Assembly: GCA_001816585.1 (NCBI GenBank)
Contig: MHCJ01000007.1
Location: 2,062 to 66,061 of the forward strand
DNA from: Candidatus Chisholmbacteria bacterium RIFCSPHIGHO2_01_FULL_52_32
GTDB lineage: Bacteria; Patescibacteriota; Microgenomatia; UBA1400; Chisholmbacteraceae
Reading direction: 5' to 3'
DNA length: 64,000 nt
Below the pieces are notes generated by a model. The model made no database searches. It was not told where the DNA came from and was given only the letters and a program-made list of their open reading frames with translations. Both the position numbers and the translations under genes were made by a program. Below, one piece after another: positions 17,922 through 28,732 of this stretch (position 1 is its first letter; the number at the start of each line of letters is the position of its first letter).

Positions 17922-19382
17922 TCAAGGTAGGTCAACTGGCTGCAAATCCAACCGAAAGTAAACTTCATTCACTATCGTCCTCGCCCATTCGTTGAGTCGA
18001 TTGTGCGTTCCGTCCAAAATCGTTCGTCCGAACACCAATTTTCCGCAGCGAAGGTGTGGCTTCACCAAATCTCCCCTCCTTGGCACCCCATCGGTAAGCA
18101 CAAACTCATCAGGATGTTGTATATCAAGCGGTGTCACTCCCTCCCTCACCCACTCGACTCCAAACTTTTCACTTTTCACTTTAAACTTTGAACTTAACTT
18201 ATAGACTCCCGCCTTCAAATCACCTTTCACTTCTGCCCACCGTTCCGGATCCTTATTATGTAAGACCAAATGCGCCCCCTCCTTCGGCGCCTTCAACGAT
18301 CGATCAACCGCTGCAAAGTCCATCGTATAGTTGATGTCCAAGAACTCTAAAAGCTGGAACACATCAAATGGGATTTCCCCCTTCTGGAGCTGAAGAAACG
18401 AATAGACCGGGAACGCTCCGGTGTAGCGCGGGTTGATCTCATTGGGATAAACCTTCCCTGACTTAGCATCAATCATCAAATCCACCCCAAAAACACCTTT
18501 GTACCCCTGATGCGCCATCGCTTCACCCAGGTTTCTGGCAATCCGCTCCGCCCCTTTCTGTATCGCTGAAGAATAATGTCGGAAGCTCCAATCGTGTCCC
18601 CGCCAGATTCCCCGCCGCTCCCTCAGATTCACAAGCTCCGGAACATCAAGAATCTGCGTCTGCACCAAACCAGTTAACACTCCGTACCGAGTTACACAAC
18701 CCGTTATCGACCCAGAAATCCCATCAATGAAGCGACTGACGTTCACCAACTGCGTTCGAGAAAGATCCAATCGCCCTTTTGCATCCTCCAAAAATGTCCG
18801 AAAGTCAGAAATATCATTGATAAAATACGTTCCTTTTCCTCCACCTTCCGAGAAACTCGTAAGCTGAAACACCAACTGCCTCCCTAGCCTCTTCCTTAGC
18901 CTCCGGTAGTCATCCTCGGTAAATTTCTCAACCTCCCACTGCTCCCCCGGGATTGGAGCCAGTCCGAGTCGTCTAACCAGTGTAAAGAACGCATCCTTAT
19001 CCTCAAACTGATCCCGGATCGCCCGCGGATTGGCAAGAAGCAGCCATCCTTGCTCCTGACAAAACCGATCCACCCACTCCGTATGCTTATAGGAAAAGAC
19101 GGCTATCTTCCCCAGGCTTTGCAAATACCGTAAAACCCCGGGATGCTTAAGAATGGCCTGCGTGTTGAGTTTTTCAACCTCATTTGGAGAGAAGTCGCGC
19201 TGCACTGCTCGGATCGGGCAAAACCGCTTCAGGAAAGAGAGATCGCTCCCCCACTTGTAGCAGACAATCTCGTAGTTTGATGTCACCAAAGCCGGAGAAA
19301 TCCTCCCAAACGCCGTCAGTCCAATTCCCACAATATGGCGCCCTGCCCCATCAAGAAGCTTACAGTAATCCTGAAATTCCAT
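17922..19382 (-). CDS. ATP-grasp protein (PGM1 peptide ligase/biotin-carboxylase-like family)
   Basis: GGKGTYFI, GYKGVFGVDLM, NEINPRYTGA. Confidence 0.85.
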   Translation of the reverse strand: MEFQDYCKLLDGAGRHIVGIGLTAFGRISPALVTSNYEIVCYKWGSDLSFLKRFCPIRAVQRDFSPNEVEKLNTQAILKHPGVLRYLQSLGKIAVFSYKHTEWVDRFCQEQGWLLLANPRAIRDQFEDKDAFFTLVRRLGLAPIPGEQWEVEKFTEDDYRRLRKRLGRQLVFQLTSFSEGGGKGTYFINDISDFRTFLEDAKGRLDLSRTQLVNVSRFIDGISGSITGCVTRYGVLTGLVQTQILDVPELVNLRERRGIWRGHDWSFRHYSSAIQKGAERIARNLGEAMAHQGYKGVFGVDLMIDAKSGKVYPNEINPRYTGAFPVYSFLQLQKGEIPFDVFQLLEFLDINYTMDFAAVDRSLKAPKEGAHLVLHNKDPERWAEVKGDLKAGVYKLSSKFKVKSEKFGVEWVREGVTPLDIQHPDEFVLTDGVPRRGDLVKPHLRCGKLVFGRTILDGTHNRLNEWARTIVNEVYFRLDLQPVDLP

Positions 19383-19390
19383 GAACTTAT

Positions 19391-20677
19391 CTATTCCGAA
19401 CGTACCAAAAAAGTCTTCAGGTCCTTTCGACCGATCAAAAGCTTTTCTCTGAATTTTGACCGATCGGATACCGAAATCGCTGTCTTTACCCTCCGACCGG
19501 AAAGCCAGTAGGTAAGCTCAATGACCGGCCGCCGCTCCCGGCCCAAAGAACTGTAATAATAGTTCTGCCAGAGAATGTTTCCCTTCCGTAGTAACCCCAA
19601 GCTTTTGGCAAGTTTCCTGTCTATACTTGAGCGGAATGCCCCCGTATCCACCTTGGCTAGGATCTCAAGTTTCTTGCCATGCGCGTCTTTCACCTTGACC
19701 AATTCATGGACACCGATAATCTTTGCTCCCCGTTTTGCCAACACCCGATCGGCAAAGCTCTCCGCAAACAGAGCCCGGGAAATCTGGATCCCCTTTCCCT
19801 TCCCAGCCTGCTCGAGTCCCTCAACCCGTTCAAGCCGTTTTTGTAAGCCAGCCCTGTTGGCAATCTGGATTCCTAAACCCGGCCGCGCCGTCAGCTCGAG
19901 TATCATCGGTCCCTTCTTGCTGTGGAGGACAAAGTCAGCCGCCATGTATCCTAAACCGACCTCGCGCGCGACCGCCAGGGAAATTTCAAGCATCTCATCC
20001 CACTGCGGGATCCGAAGACCGGAAACCTTCTTCCCTGATACGGGAACATAGAGTGTCGGCCGGTCGAAGATCGTCCCGTGGGTAGTTATCCCCGTGGCCA
20101 AATCGACCCCCAAACACAGGCCGCCTTGATGAAGGTTGGCCTTACCATGCGATCCCGGAGTGGGTAGCCTCAGCATTGCCATGATGGGAACTTGGTTGAA
20201 CACGATGATCCGGACATCAGGCGTCCCGCGGTACGCATAGTGTCGAAAAGCCGGATGTCTGGGAACCCGTTCTTCAATAAATGCGGTATCCGGCATCTCG
20301 TACTTGTGGTAATTCCCCTCCAAGATATCCAAAACATGGAGCTTCAGATCATCGAGCAGTATCTCTTCCTGCTCAACGGAAAGGAAAGCCTCGCTTCCTA
20401 GTCGTCTTTTGACGATCACAATCCCGTCTCCGCCGTACCCTTCGCTCGGCTTAATCACGAAGTTTCGCCGTAAAGATCCCCAATCGAACCGCGGGACATC
20501 GGAGAAGTTCCGGAAAACGCCATAAAGCTCCGGATGAGGGAAACCGTGACGCCGGAGGAAGCGCTTCGTCAGAAGCTTGCTATCGGCAATCGCCTTTCCC
20601 TGCTTGCTGTTGTAGCGGGAAAGAAAGAGATGATTTCGGGCATTGAGGCCCATGATGTGGGAAACCAAAAAAGCCAT
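19391..20677 (-). CDS. alpha-L-glutamate-ligase-like (sugar-transfer-associated) ATP-grasp fused to a retropepsin-like protease domain
   Basis: GLNARN, FVIKPSEGYGG, GTPDVRII, ANLHQGG, LEL.ARPGL.IQIAN; C-terminal KVDTGA...LLIGR. Confidence 0.9.
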   Translation of the reverse strand: MAFLVSHIMGLNARNHLFLSRYNSKQGKAIADSKLLTKRFLRRHGFPHPELYGVFRNFSDVPRFDWGSLRRNFVIKPSEGYGGDGIVIVKRRLGSEAFLSVEQEEILLDDLKLHVLDILEGNYHKYEMPDTAFIEERVPRHPAFRHYAYRGTPDVRIIVFNQVPIMAMLRLPTPGSHGKANLHQGGLCLGVDLATGITTHGTIFDRPTLYVPVSGKKVSGLRIPQWDEMLEISLAVAREVGLGYMAADFVLHSKKGPMILELTARPGLGIQIANRAGLQKRLERVEGLEQAGKGKGIQISRALFAESFADRVLAKRGAKIIGVHELVKVKDAHGKKLEILAKVDTGAFRSSIDRKLAKSLGLLRKGNILWQNYYYSSLGRERRPVIELTYWLSGRRVKTAISVSDRSKFREKLLIGRKDLKTFLVRSE

Positions 20678-20680
20678 ATT

Positions 20681-21574
20681 CTATCCGATAAGTTCTCGGA
20701 ACCTCCAGTACTCGAGTAGCCGTAACCCGACGTACTTCCCCAAAAACACATCAAAAACTGCAACCGAAATGACGGTGAGTTCAGGATTGAGAATGGTAAA
20801 TCGTTGCAGGAATTCCATGGATAGTACCAGATAGCAGATGACGGCAAGAAGGACCGTCTCGCTGGCAAGCTCTACCGCCCGCCGCATCCCCAGGCCCATC
20901 TGCGAACCGATAAAGGTCTCCGTCAAAAGGACAAGCAAAAGAATAGGAAAGATCGAAAGCGAGACCAAGGTTCCCAAACCCAAGTACGGGTATAGGACAA
21001 GTACCGCAAAGATCGACAGGGAAACAAACCACAAAAGCAGGGCAATCCGGGGCAGATACTGCAGCCGCAATTGGCGAAGTGAAATCCGCGTTACCGTTGC
21101 GACAGAGAGGATCATCAGAAAGAAAAGGATACCGACCGTCACTCCTGTTGCGAGAAAGACTATAGAGAGGGCCGCGGTCGTAAACAGTCCGTACCCCCGC
21201 AGTCCGATGAGGTGTCTGGCTGAGGCGATAATCGCTCCCACCAAGGGAAATAAAAGGATCAAAACCAATGTTGTTGCCGGAACACCACGCGCAACCGCCC
21301 GTCGGATCGCATGCTGAAGGAAATTGTTGATCGATAAAGGCCCCGGATCTTTTTGCGCCAGGTACTGCTCAAGCTTTCCCTTGGCTGGACCCGCCGGTTC
21401 GGTAAGATCCGTGGTATCTTCTCGCATCACCACCACCGTTTCAACGGCGGACGATCCCGTTGCCGCGAGTACTGCCTCGGTCGCTTCCGCATCCAAAGCG
21501 GAAGCATTTGCCGCCCTGATTAACAGGAAAATGCCAAACACGATTACAAGGACTGCCGAAGGACGCCTCTTCAT
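20681..21574 (-). CDS. 7TM domain protein (7TM_transglut-like)
   Basis: R.LIGL..YG.F, LQYLPR, SIFPILL, G.YVGLRLLEYWRF; likely start MKRRPS. Confidence 0.85.
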   Translation of the reverse strand: MKRRPSAVLVIVFGIFLLIRAANASALDAEATEAVLAATGSSAVETVVVMREDTTDLTEPAGPAKGKLEQYLAQKDPGPLSINNFLQHAIRRAVARGVPATTLVLILLFPLVGAIIASARHLIGLRGYGLFTTAALSIVFLATGVTVGILFFLMILSVATVTRISLRQLRLQYLPRIALLLWFVSLSIFAVLVLYPYLGLGTLVSLSIFPILLLVLLTETFIGSQMGLGMRRAVELASETVLLAVICYLVLSMEFLQRFTILNPELTVISVAVFDVFLGKYVGLRLLEYWRFRELIG

Positions 21575-21641
21575 GAGAGGAATTATACTCCTGTAAGGCA
21601 AATCATCCTCTCAAAAACCCTCTAATATTGAAATATCGCTC

Positions 21642-22544
21642 TTGCGGGAACAAACGCTCTTTGTTATGCTCATTTTCGTGCAGTTAAAAACCCTCTCTCT
21701 GATCACGCCGGTCTTCAACGAACCGAAAATCCACGAGAACCTACCCGTCATTGATCGGGAGCTGACAAAAACCGGCCTTCCCTACGAAATTATTGCCGTG
21801 AACGATGGTTCCGACGCGGTCACAACCACCCGATTAAATAGCCTCTCCCTCCCAAATCTTCGAATCTACACCTATGCACAGAATCGCGGCAAAGGCTTTG
21901 CCCTCCGCTTCGGATTCGAACAATCTAGAGGATCACTCATCTGTCTCATGGATGCCGACTTACAACTCCATCCACAACAAATAGCCCTCTTCACAAACCT
22001 TGCCACACTCCTTAATGCCGATGTGGTGATCGGAAGCAAGCGCCACCCCCTCTCCAAAGTCGAGTATGGCCCCTACCGGCGAATGTACTCCTGGGGATAT
22101 CAGCAGCTCGTACGATTCCTGTTTAACCTCAACCTCACCGACACGCAGGTAGGTTTAAAGCTCTTCCGCCGCCATGTGCTTGAAGCCGTCATGCCGAGGT
22201 TAAGCATCAAGGCCTGGGCCTTCGACCTCGAAGTCTTAGTGGTTGCCAAACACCTCGGTTTCCACCGAATACTCGAAGCCCCAATCATCTTAGGCTGGAA
22301 ACCAGGGGAATCGCACATCAACTGGCGGGTTATTCCTGGAATGCTCCAGGATACCCTTGGGATTTTCTATCGCAAATATCTGCTTGGGTACTACAACCGC
22401 CCTCTGGAAACGCACCAGGAAGACAACCTCACGGTCGTTGAACATGAAACCGGTGAAACGGTAGAGACAATCCGGGAACCTGAACTCTTCCCGGAAAAAC
22501 CGCGCCCGACCAGCGGCATCATCTTCGCTGCCGGAGAGAAATAA
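21642..22544 (+). CDS. GT2 polyprenol-phosphate glycosyltransferase (DPM synthase-like)
   Basis: PVFNE, VNDGS, NRGKG, DAD, DTQVGLKLF, FDLE; start uncertain. Confidence 0.9.
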   Translation: MREQTLFVMLIFVQLKTLSLITPVFNEPKIHENLPVIDRELTKTGLPYEIIAVNDGSDAVTTTRLNSLSLPNLRIYTYAQNRGKGFALRFGFEQSRGSLICLMDADLQLHPQQIALFTNLATLLNADVVIGSKRHPLSKVEYGPYRRMYSWGYQQLVRFLFNLNLTDTQVGLKLFRRHVLEAVMPRLSIKAWAFDLEVLVVAKHLGFHRILEAPIILGWKPGESHINWRVIPGMLQDTLGIFYRKYLLGYYNRPLETHQEDNLTVVEHETGETVETIREPELFPEKPRPTSGIIFAAGEK

Positions 22545-22688
22545 GAGACCAGGCAATTGGCACCGGACACTCACAACCTATTTCTCTCTCATGTTACAAT
22601 CTCCCCGCAAGAGTAGCAGTCATCCATTTGCTATTTGCCATTAGCCATAAGCTATACGCTATAAGCTATCTGCAATCTGCATATTCCT

Positions 22689-24974
22689 ATGCACATTCTC
22701 ATGCTTTCCTGGAGGGATATCGGAAATCCACTTGGCGGTGGTGCCGAGTCATTTCTTCACGAACTGGGAAAACGCTTGGTCAATAAGGGCCACTCGGTAA
22801 CGCTCTTCTCAAGCGCCTTTCCGGGATCAAGTGCGTCGGAAACGCGAGGGGGAATAAAGATCATCCGTCGCGGTAATCCCTGGACCGTTCACTTTGAAGC
22901 ATATCGCTGGTACAACAAACTACCCGCGGATACTTTCGATCTCGTCATCGACAATTTCCACGCCATTCCTTTCTTTACCCCCCTGTATGCGAAAAAACCG
23001 GTCATCGGCGTGATTCACGAAGTAACCCGAGAACTCTGGTTTGCTGAAACGTTCCTCCCAATCAGTCTCATTGGATACCTCCTCGAACCCCTATTTTTCC
23101 TTCCCTACCGCCACCGGCACTTCCTGGCGGCCTCGCCTTCCACGAAGGAAGACCTCCTCCGTTTCGGACATCCGAAAGACCAAATCACCGTCTTCTTCGA
23201 AAGTATCGACTTAAAACCGGTCAACAGATTCCCAAAAAAGGCAAGTTTCCCCCTTCTCATCTGTCTCTCGCGTCTCTCACCGACAAAGCGCTTTGAGCAC
23301 GCGATCATGGCGATGCCCATCGTTCGAGAACACGTTCCCCAAGCAAAACTTCTCATCATCGGATCCGGGAAACCGGAATACCTCCATAAACTCAGGACGC
23401 TGGTGCGCCATTTACATCTCACGCGCGTCGTTAAGTTTCTTGGGTATATCTCGGAAGAAAAGAAGCGGGGACTCCTGAAAAAATCCTGGTTGATTCTTGG
23501 GACATCAATTCGGGAAGGCTGGGGACTGGCAATCACGGAAGCAGCCAGCGTCGGCACACCAGCGGTAGCCTATAATGTTCCGGGCTTTAGGAATTCCGTA
23601 CGTAATGGAAAAACAGGAATTCTCGTCACCCCCCAGAAGCCTGAAAATCTGGCACAAGCGGTAATTAAACTGATCCGCGATGACCGACTCCGCCACCGAC
23701 TCGCTCTTGAAGCAATCCAGAGCGCCAAGGGGAGGAATCGGCAGAAAACGGCAAATCAACTCTTGCCGATCTTTAAGAAGATAGCCATTCCAGAAACAAG
23801 CAGGGTGCAAGGGAAATTGCACGTCCTCATTACCTCATGGAGAGATATCAAAAGCCCAGCCGCCGGGGGTGCAGAGATCTTAACCCACGAAATCGCAAAA
23901 CGGCTCGTACGTTGGGGGCATACGGTAACCATCCTTTCCCCCATTTTTCCCGGCGCGAAAAACATCGAAATCCTAGATGGTGTTCAGATCCTTCGTCCGT
24001 CGTTTTTCTACGCAACCCGCCCGATCACCTACCTCAATTGGCCGCGATTTCTGGTGAACGCGAGTGCAACCTACCGGGCTCAATTAGCCAACCGGATCGA
24101 TGTTGTCGTCGACCAAGTTCATGGACTCCCCTCCTTCACTCCGCTCTATGTCGCCAAACCGGTCGTTCTTTTTCCCCTGGAGGTCGCCAATGAAATTTGG
24201 CTCATGGAAATCCCATTTCCGGGCAACGTGCTTGGCTGGATGATCGAGCGACTCTATCTCTTCCTCTTCCGGAATAAACCCTTCCTGACCATCTCTCCCT
24301 CAACAGCCGCGGATCTCCATCGTTTTGGGATACAAAACGTTCGGGTCGTCACTCCCGGAATCGCCATTCCCCCGCAAAAGCTTCCGCCCAAAAGCAAGCA
24401 CCCGTCCTTCATCTATTTGGGTCGAGTGACAAAGATGAAACGGATCAAAGATTCCATCCAAGCCTTCACCATCTTCCACCGCATGCACCGAAAGTCACGG
24501 TTTCATGTCGCCGGAAAAGGAACACCAAAGTATTTTGAGGAACTCAGGCGCTACGCAAGACTTTTGAGACTCGGACGCTCCATCATCTTCCATGGCTCTG
24601 TCTCCGAACCACGCAAATATGATCTCCTCGCCCGTTCCTGGGCCCTCCTCTCAACCTCGGTAAGGGAAGGCTGGGGCTTAAACGTGGTTGAAGCCGCCAG
24701 CGTCGGCACACCAACCCTGGCATACCGAATTCCAGGAATCGTTGACACGGTTGCGGATGGAAAAACTGGGCTCCTCACCAATATCAATTCACCTTCCGCG
24801 CTGGCGAAGAAAATGGTACTACTGATTGAAGATGAAGAACGAAGACTTGCAATGGGGAAGGCTGCCAAAATCTATGCCAGAGAATTTTCCTGGGACAAAT
24901 CAGCCCGCCAGTTCCTGAAAGCCATCCGAAATTATCTCAACAATGAAACCGCGTCTGACGCGGTGAAGCAATGA
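22689..24974 (+). CDS. tandem GT4-GT4 glycosyltransferase
   Basis: two SWRD..P..GGAE N-termini and two REGWGL...EAAS.GTP motifs. Confidence 0.92.
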   Translation: MHILMLSWRDIGNPLGGGAESFLHELGKRLVNKGHSVTLFSSAFPGSSASETRGGIKIIRRGNPWTVHFEAYRWYNKLPADTFDLVIDNFHAIPFFTPLYAKKPVIGVIHEVTRELWFAETFLPISLIGYLLEPLFFLPYRHRHFLAASPSTKEDLLRFGHPKDQITVFFESIDLKPVNRFPKKASFPLLICLSRLSPTKRFEHAIMAMPIVREHVPQAKLLIIGSGKPEYLHKLRTLVRHLHLTRVVKFLGYISEEKKRGLLKKSWLILGTSIREGWGLAITEAASVGTPAVAYNVPGFRNSVRNGKTGILVTPQKPENLAQAVIKLIRDDRLRHRLALEAIQSAKGRNRQKTANQLLPIFKKIAIPETSRVQGKLHVLITSWRDIKSPAAGGAEILTHEIAKRLVRWGHTVTILSPIFPGAKNIEILDGVQILRPSFFYATRPITYLNWPRFLVNASATYRAQLANRIDVVVDQVHGLPSFTPLYVAKPVVLFPLEVANEIWLMEIPFPGNVLGWMIERLYLFLFRNKPFLTISPSTAADLHRFGIQNVRVVTPGIAIPPQKLPPKSKHPSFIYLGRVTKMKRIKDSIQAFTIFHRMHRKSRFHVAGKGTPKYFEELRRYARLLRLGRSIIFHGSVSEPRKYDLLARSWALLSTSVREGWGLNVVEAASVGTPTLAYRIPGIVDTVADGKTGLLTNINSPSALAKKMVLLIEDEERRLAMGKAAKIYAREFSWDKSARQFLKAIRNYLNNETASDAVKQ

Positions 24975-25909
24975 AACAATCCACAGGTATCACAATCATC
25001 ATCCCCACGAAAAACGAACGAAAGAATCTCGGAAGACTCCTGAAAAGCATCCTTCAGAAACGATTACCCCGCGAGGTCATCGTCGTCGATAACCATTCAA
25101 CCGACGGCACGATACAGGTGGCAAAACGAATGTGGAACGACGCAACAAAGAAGGGAGGATACAAATTTTCGCCGCGAACACAGGCCAGGCTCTCAGCCTG
25201 GCTGGTTTCTCAAAAAAGAAAAAAAAGTGAGACTCCAGACCGTAGAGGAAAAGAATATATCGTAACCGACCTTCCTCAATTAACGCTCCTGTCTAAAGGC
25301 CCGGAGCGCTCAGCCCAGAGAAATGCCGGGGCAAGGATTGCCAAGGGAAGTCACCTGTTGTTTCTCGACGCTGATATGGAGATGACACCAACGTTGCTTC
25401 CCGAACTCCAACTCCTTGCAAAAAAAGGAGTCAAGGCAGCCAACCTGAAAGAGCTTGCCGTGGGGCACGATTTCTGGGGAAAAGCGATTGCGCTGGAGCG
25501 GAATTGCTACTGGGGTGACCCCATCCTGGAGGCTCCCCGCTTTATCGAAGCGAAACTTTTCCGTCATCTTGGCGGCTACGATTCTTCCCTGATCGCCGGA
25601 GAAGACTGGGATCTTGCCGAGCGTCTCAACCAAAACGGAACGCCAGTCGTCTACGCGAAAAGTCCCCTCCTTCATCATGAAGCGATGGGTTTCCTCCCCA
25701 ACATCAGACGGAAGTGGTACTATACCCACCATATCCGGCGCTACGCGAGAAAAAATCCCGGTCGTTTCCTGAAACAATCCGCTCCAAGAATGCGTCTGAA
25801 CCGCTATTGGGAGAACCGTCGAATGCTACTAAGATATCCGCTCTATACCCTCGCCTTTCTCCTCATGAAAGTCCTAATCTACGGTCGCTTTCGCTTGAGT
25901 AACAAATGA
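24971..25909 (+). CDS. GT2 glycosyltransferase with an in-frame palindromic insertion
   Basis: IIPTKNE, VDNHSTDGT, GPERSAQRN, FLDAD, GEDWD. Confidence 0.9.
   Translation: MKQSTGITIIIPTKNERKNLGRLLKSILQKRLPREVIVVDNHSTDGTIQVAKRMWNDATKKGGYKFSPRTQARLSAWLVSQKRKKSETPDRRGKEYIVTDLPQLTLLSKGPERSAQRNAGARIAKGSHLLFLDADMEMTPTLLPELQLLAKKGVKAANLKELAVGHDFWGKAIALERNCYWGDPILEAPRFIEAKLFRHLGGYDSSLIAGEDWDLAERLNQNGTPVVYAKSPLLHHEAMGFLPNIRRKWYYTHHIRRYARKNPGRFLKQSAPRMRLNRYWENRRMLLRYPLYTLAFLLMKVLIYGRFRLSNK
25150..25276. mobile_element. palindromic element family C, copy inserted in-frame in the GT2 gene
   Basis: acaaattt...aggccaggct-ctc-agcctggctgg...tcaaaaaa shared with 56342-56470. Confidence 0.7.
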
Positions 25910-28725
25910 AAGAAACAAAGAAAACTTTCCAGCGAGTGTACGCCCGCCGTCTCGAATCGGAGGGGGAAAAACGTACGCACCAGCGCTTCCAAAAGATCGT
26001 AAGCTTCTTTGGCAAAACCGCCAATCTCATCCTTCTCCTCGCAGCGTCGGTCGCAATCAGTCTCATTTGGCAACAACGTATCGCTACCCCCTACCTGTCT
26101 TCCCTACGGGCTGTCGGCGGGGATTACTTCAACGCCCTGACATACGCGGTATTCTTCGCCCGACACCATCCATTTCCCCCGACGGGTTGGATGCCATTTT
26201 GGTTCGGGGGGATACCGGTTATCGGCGGATATCCGAACCTTTTCTTCTATCTTATCCTTCCGATCACGCGCTTCTTCGATGTCCCGACAAGCATGGAGTT
26301 GACTTCGATTGTTTTTATCCTCCTCTACCTTATTGCAGCGCACTTCCTTTTCTGGGAAACCACCCGTAACCACCTTATCGCCCTCCTTTTTACCGGCATC
26401 GTCCTCGTCACTCCCGCAAGCTACTATGCGTTGACAGGAGAAGGCCTCGTAGTGGCTTCAGCAATGCAATGGCTCCTCCCGCTCACCTTCTTTTTCCTGA
26501 TCCGCTTCGTCAAGTTTCAAGACGGAACGATGCTTCTTGCGGCGGCGGTCTCAACGGGAATCGCGCTCATCATGCACCCGGGGGTTTCCGCCCTCATCGT
26601 TCTCGTCCCGGCAACGATATATCTTATGATCGCCGACTCCGGAGACCCCAAAGACGCGGCACACACCAGGCAATTGAGCCTCCTGAAACTGTCTGTGTGG
26701 GAGAAGTTGAAGACAAAACTCACCCACCTAACCCTCTATACCGGATTTGCTCTGTCTTCAGGCGCAATTGGCGTCTATACCCTACTCGTGCAGACGTTCC
26801 TTTCCGGTGGACCAGGATCTTGTGACAGCCCTCAGTGCTGGGGGGACTACCCGCCCCACCTGATCTGGTTTTCACCGCTTGCCCTCCTGCCGACGATCTT
26901 CCTGCCGGCAAGCCTCGTGGCATGGCGTATGCAGAAGTCGAGATTGAAAGAAATTATGGCACCGTTGGCCGCGCTCACCCCCCTCCTTCTCTACGTCGGC
27001 CTCGCCTATCTCCGTCGGATCGACTCACTCTCAAGCGCCCTTTTTCCCCGCAGACTCTTCTGGGCTATCACCCTCCTGACGCTTATGAGTATGGGTATTG
27101 CATTCCGGTATACCTTCAAAGCTTCAGCAAAGCTTGCGATCGCGGTACTGTCTATCTTCCTCATCACACTCTCGCTTTCCATTCCGTTCCTCCCCAAAGC
27201 CGTTCATTTTTCGTTACAAGACTACCTCAAGATTCCCAACTCCCTCCCCATGGGCGTTGAAAGCTACATCGTTCCCAAATACCAGACAATGCCGATTTCA
27301 GAAATCATTCCCCCTTGGCTCCCGATAAACGATGTCAATTGGCGGATGGATAGCATCCGCCCTGATTTTTTCGCATGGTGGAATACCATTGCCAGCCTTC
27401 CGTTGACCCGTGGTTATTCCAATGTGCCGACCAAGGAACATCTCGACTGGCTGTACTATCTTCAATCCTCCACCTTAATCCCGAATAATCCGGATGAACT
27501 AAGTTTGGAAACCCGGTATAACCGGGCCCTCTTTTTATTGGATGCGTACGGCGTCCGCTTCCTCCAGCATCCCGGAGGATCCATCGTCTACGAAGGCATT
27601 GCCTACGATCCGCTGCTGTTAAAAAACCGCGACTTAGTCAAAAAGTTTGAGCGGGTTCGGGAATGGAGTTTCGTGGAATTATCAGAAAAGCTCATCACAC
27701 CCGTCGTTTCTCCCACCAACGCCGCGCGGGTGATGGTGATCTCAGACCAGGGGGGGTATGAAACAATCCTCCGGGCAATTTCGCTCGAGAACCTCAACTC
27801 CACGGTCCTGATTCCCATCCAAGGCCCCCAGTCCATTGACAAAATTTCTCCGAAACTGGTTGAAGAGGCAGACGCCATCATCCTTTATCAATTCACCGGT
27901 TCCAGCTTCAGGACGCTCGAGGCATTTGTGGAGAATGGAGGCAAGGTCTTTATCGACATCGGCTCCCTGCAAAACTTACCGACTTCGGTCCCGAAGTTAT
28001 TCGGGGCAAAAAGCCTCCAAGTCTTTGACCAAGAAAGAATTTGGAAGGTCAAAATCCTGTCTCCCTCACCGCTGATGAAAGAGATTGACACCACGAAATT
28101 CTCCCCCCTTCTTTTTAACGAACATGCCTGGAGAATCGTTGCTCCGCCCTCAAAACAATTCCTCAAAGGAGAGATGGAAACGATCCTGACGCAAAACGAC
28201 ATCCCGGTCTTGGCAACCGGAAAGTTCGGGAAGGGATCCGTCATCTTCTCAGGCTTCAACCTCCCCTACCATATCGTGAATTACCAAAACGAAGAGGAGG
28301 CAAAACTCTTAAAGAACATCATCCTATCCCTGGTTCCCGAGAGCCTTGCGATCGGAGAATTCTCCGTCAACTGGACCGACCCAACCTTGATCGTAGCCTC
28401 CGCAACAGACGCCAAGGGAATCTATTTCAAACAAAACTATCACCCGGGATGGAAAGCAGCCGTCAACGGGAAGAAGACACAGGTTTTGAAGGCAGGGCTC
28501 GGATTCATGTATATCCCTTTCCCGAAAGAAAGCCAGACCAAAACCACGACACTCGACCTTGAGTTTCGCGGCAGTTTGGCAACCTGGGGCATTCCGGCGT
28601 TGAGCCTGGGAAGCATGATCGCCGCCGCCATTTTGGCGCTCAGTCAGTCTCCAATTAGGCTTCTGGGCCTTCTCTATTCGAAACTCTTCCTCAAAAGACT
28701 CAAATCCTGGTGGGCAAAAGACTAA
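25906..28725 (+). CDS. large polytopic GT-C-like membrane protein (paralog 1)
   Basis: about 12 TM; GGDYFN, WFGG.P, AWWN..LPLTRGY; GATase-like periplasmic domain; YHPGW.A.VNG. Confidence 0.8.
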   Translation: MKETKKTFQRVYARRLESEGEKRTHQRFQKIVSFFGKTANLILLLAASVAISLIWQQRIATPYLSSLRAVGGDYFNALTYAVFFARHHPFPPTGWMPFWFGGIPVIGGYPNLFFYLILPITRFFDVPTSMELTSIVFILLYLIAAHFLFWETTRNHLIALLFTGIVLVTPASYYALTGEGLVVASAMQWLLPLTFFFLIRFVKFQDGTMLLAAAVSTGIALIMHPGVSALIVLVPATIYLMIADSGDPKDAAHTRQLSLLKLSVWEKLKTKLTHLTLYTGFALSSGAIGVYTLLVQTFLSGGPGSCDSPQCWGDYPPHLIWFSPLALLPTIFLPASLVAWRMQKSRLKEIMAPLAALTPLLLYVGLAYLRRIDSLSSALFPRRLFWAITLLTLMSMGIAFRYTFKASAKLAIAVLSIFLITLSLSIPFLPKAVHFSLQDYLKIPNSLPMGVESYIVPKYQTMPISEIIPPWLPINDVNWRMDSIRPDFFAWWNTIASLPLTRGYSNVPTKEHLDWLYYLQSSTLIPNNPDELSLETRYNRALFLLDAYGVRFLQHPGGSIVYEGIAYDPLLLKNRDLVKKFERVREWSFVELSEKLITPVVSPTNAARVMVISDQGGYETILRAISLENLNSTVLIPIQGPQSIDKISPKLVEEADAIILYQFTGSSFRTLEAFVENGGKVFIDIGSLQNLPTSVPKLFGAKSLQVFDQERIWKVKILSPSPLMKEIDTTKFSPLLFNEHAWRIVAPPSKQFLKGEMETILTQNDIPVLATGKFGKGSVIFSGFNLPYHIVNYQNEEEAKLLKNIILSLVPESLAIGEFSVNWTDPTLIVASATDAKGIYFKQNYHPGWKAAVNGKKTQVLKAGLGFMYIPFPKESQTKTTTLDLEFRGSLATWGIPALSLGSMIAAAILALSQSPIRLLGLLYSKLFLKRLKSWWAKD

Positions 28726-28732
28726 GCCTTCA

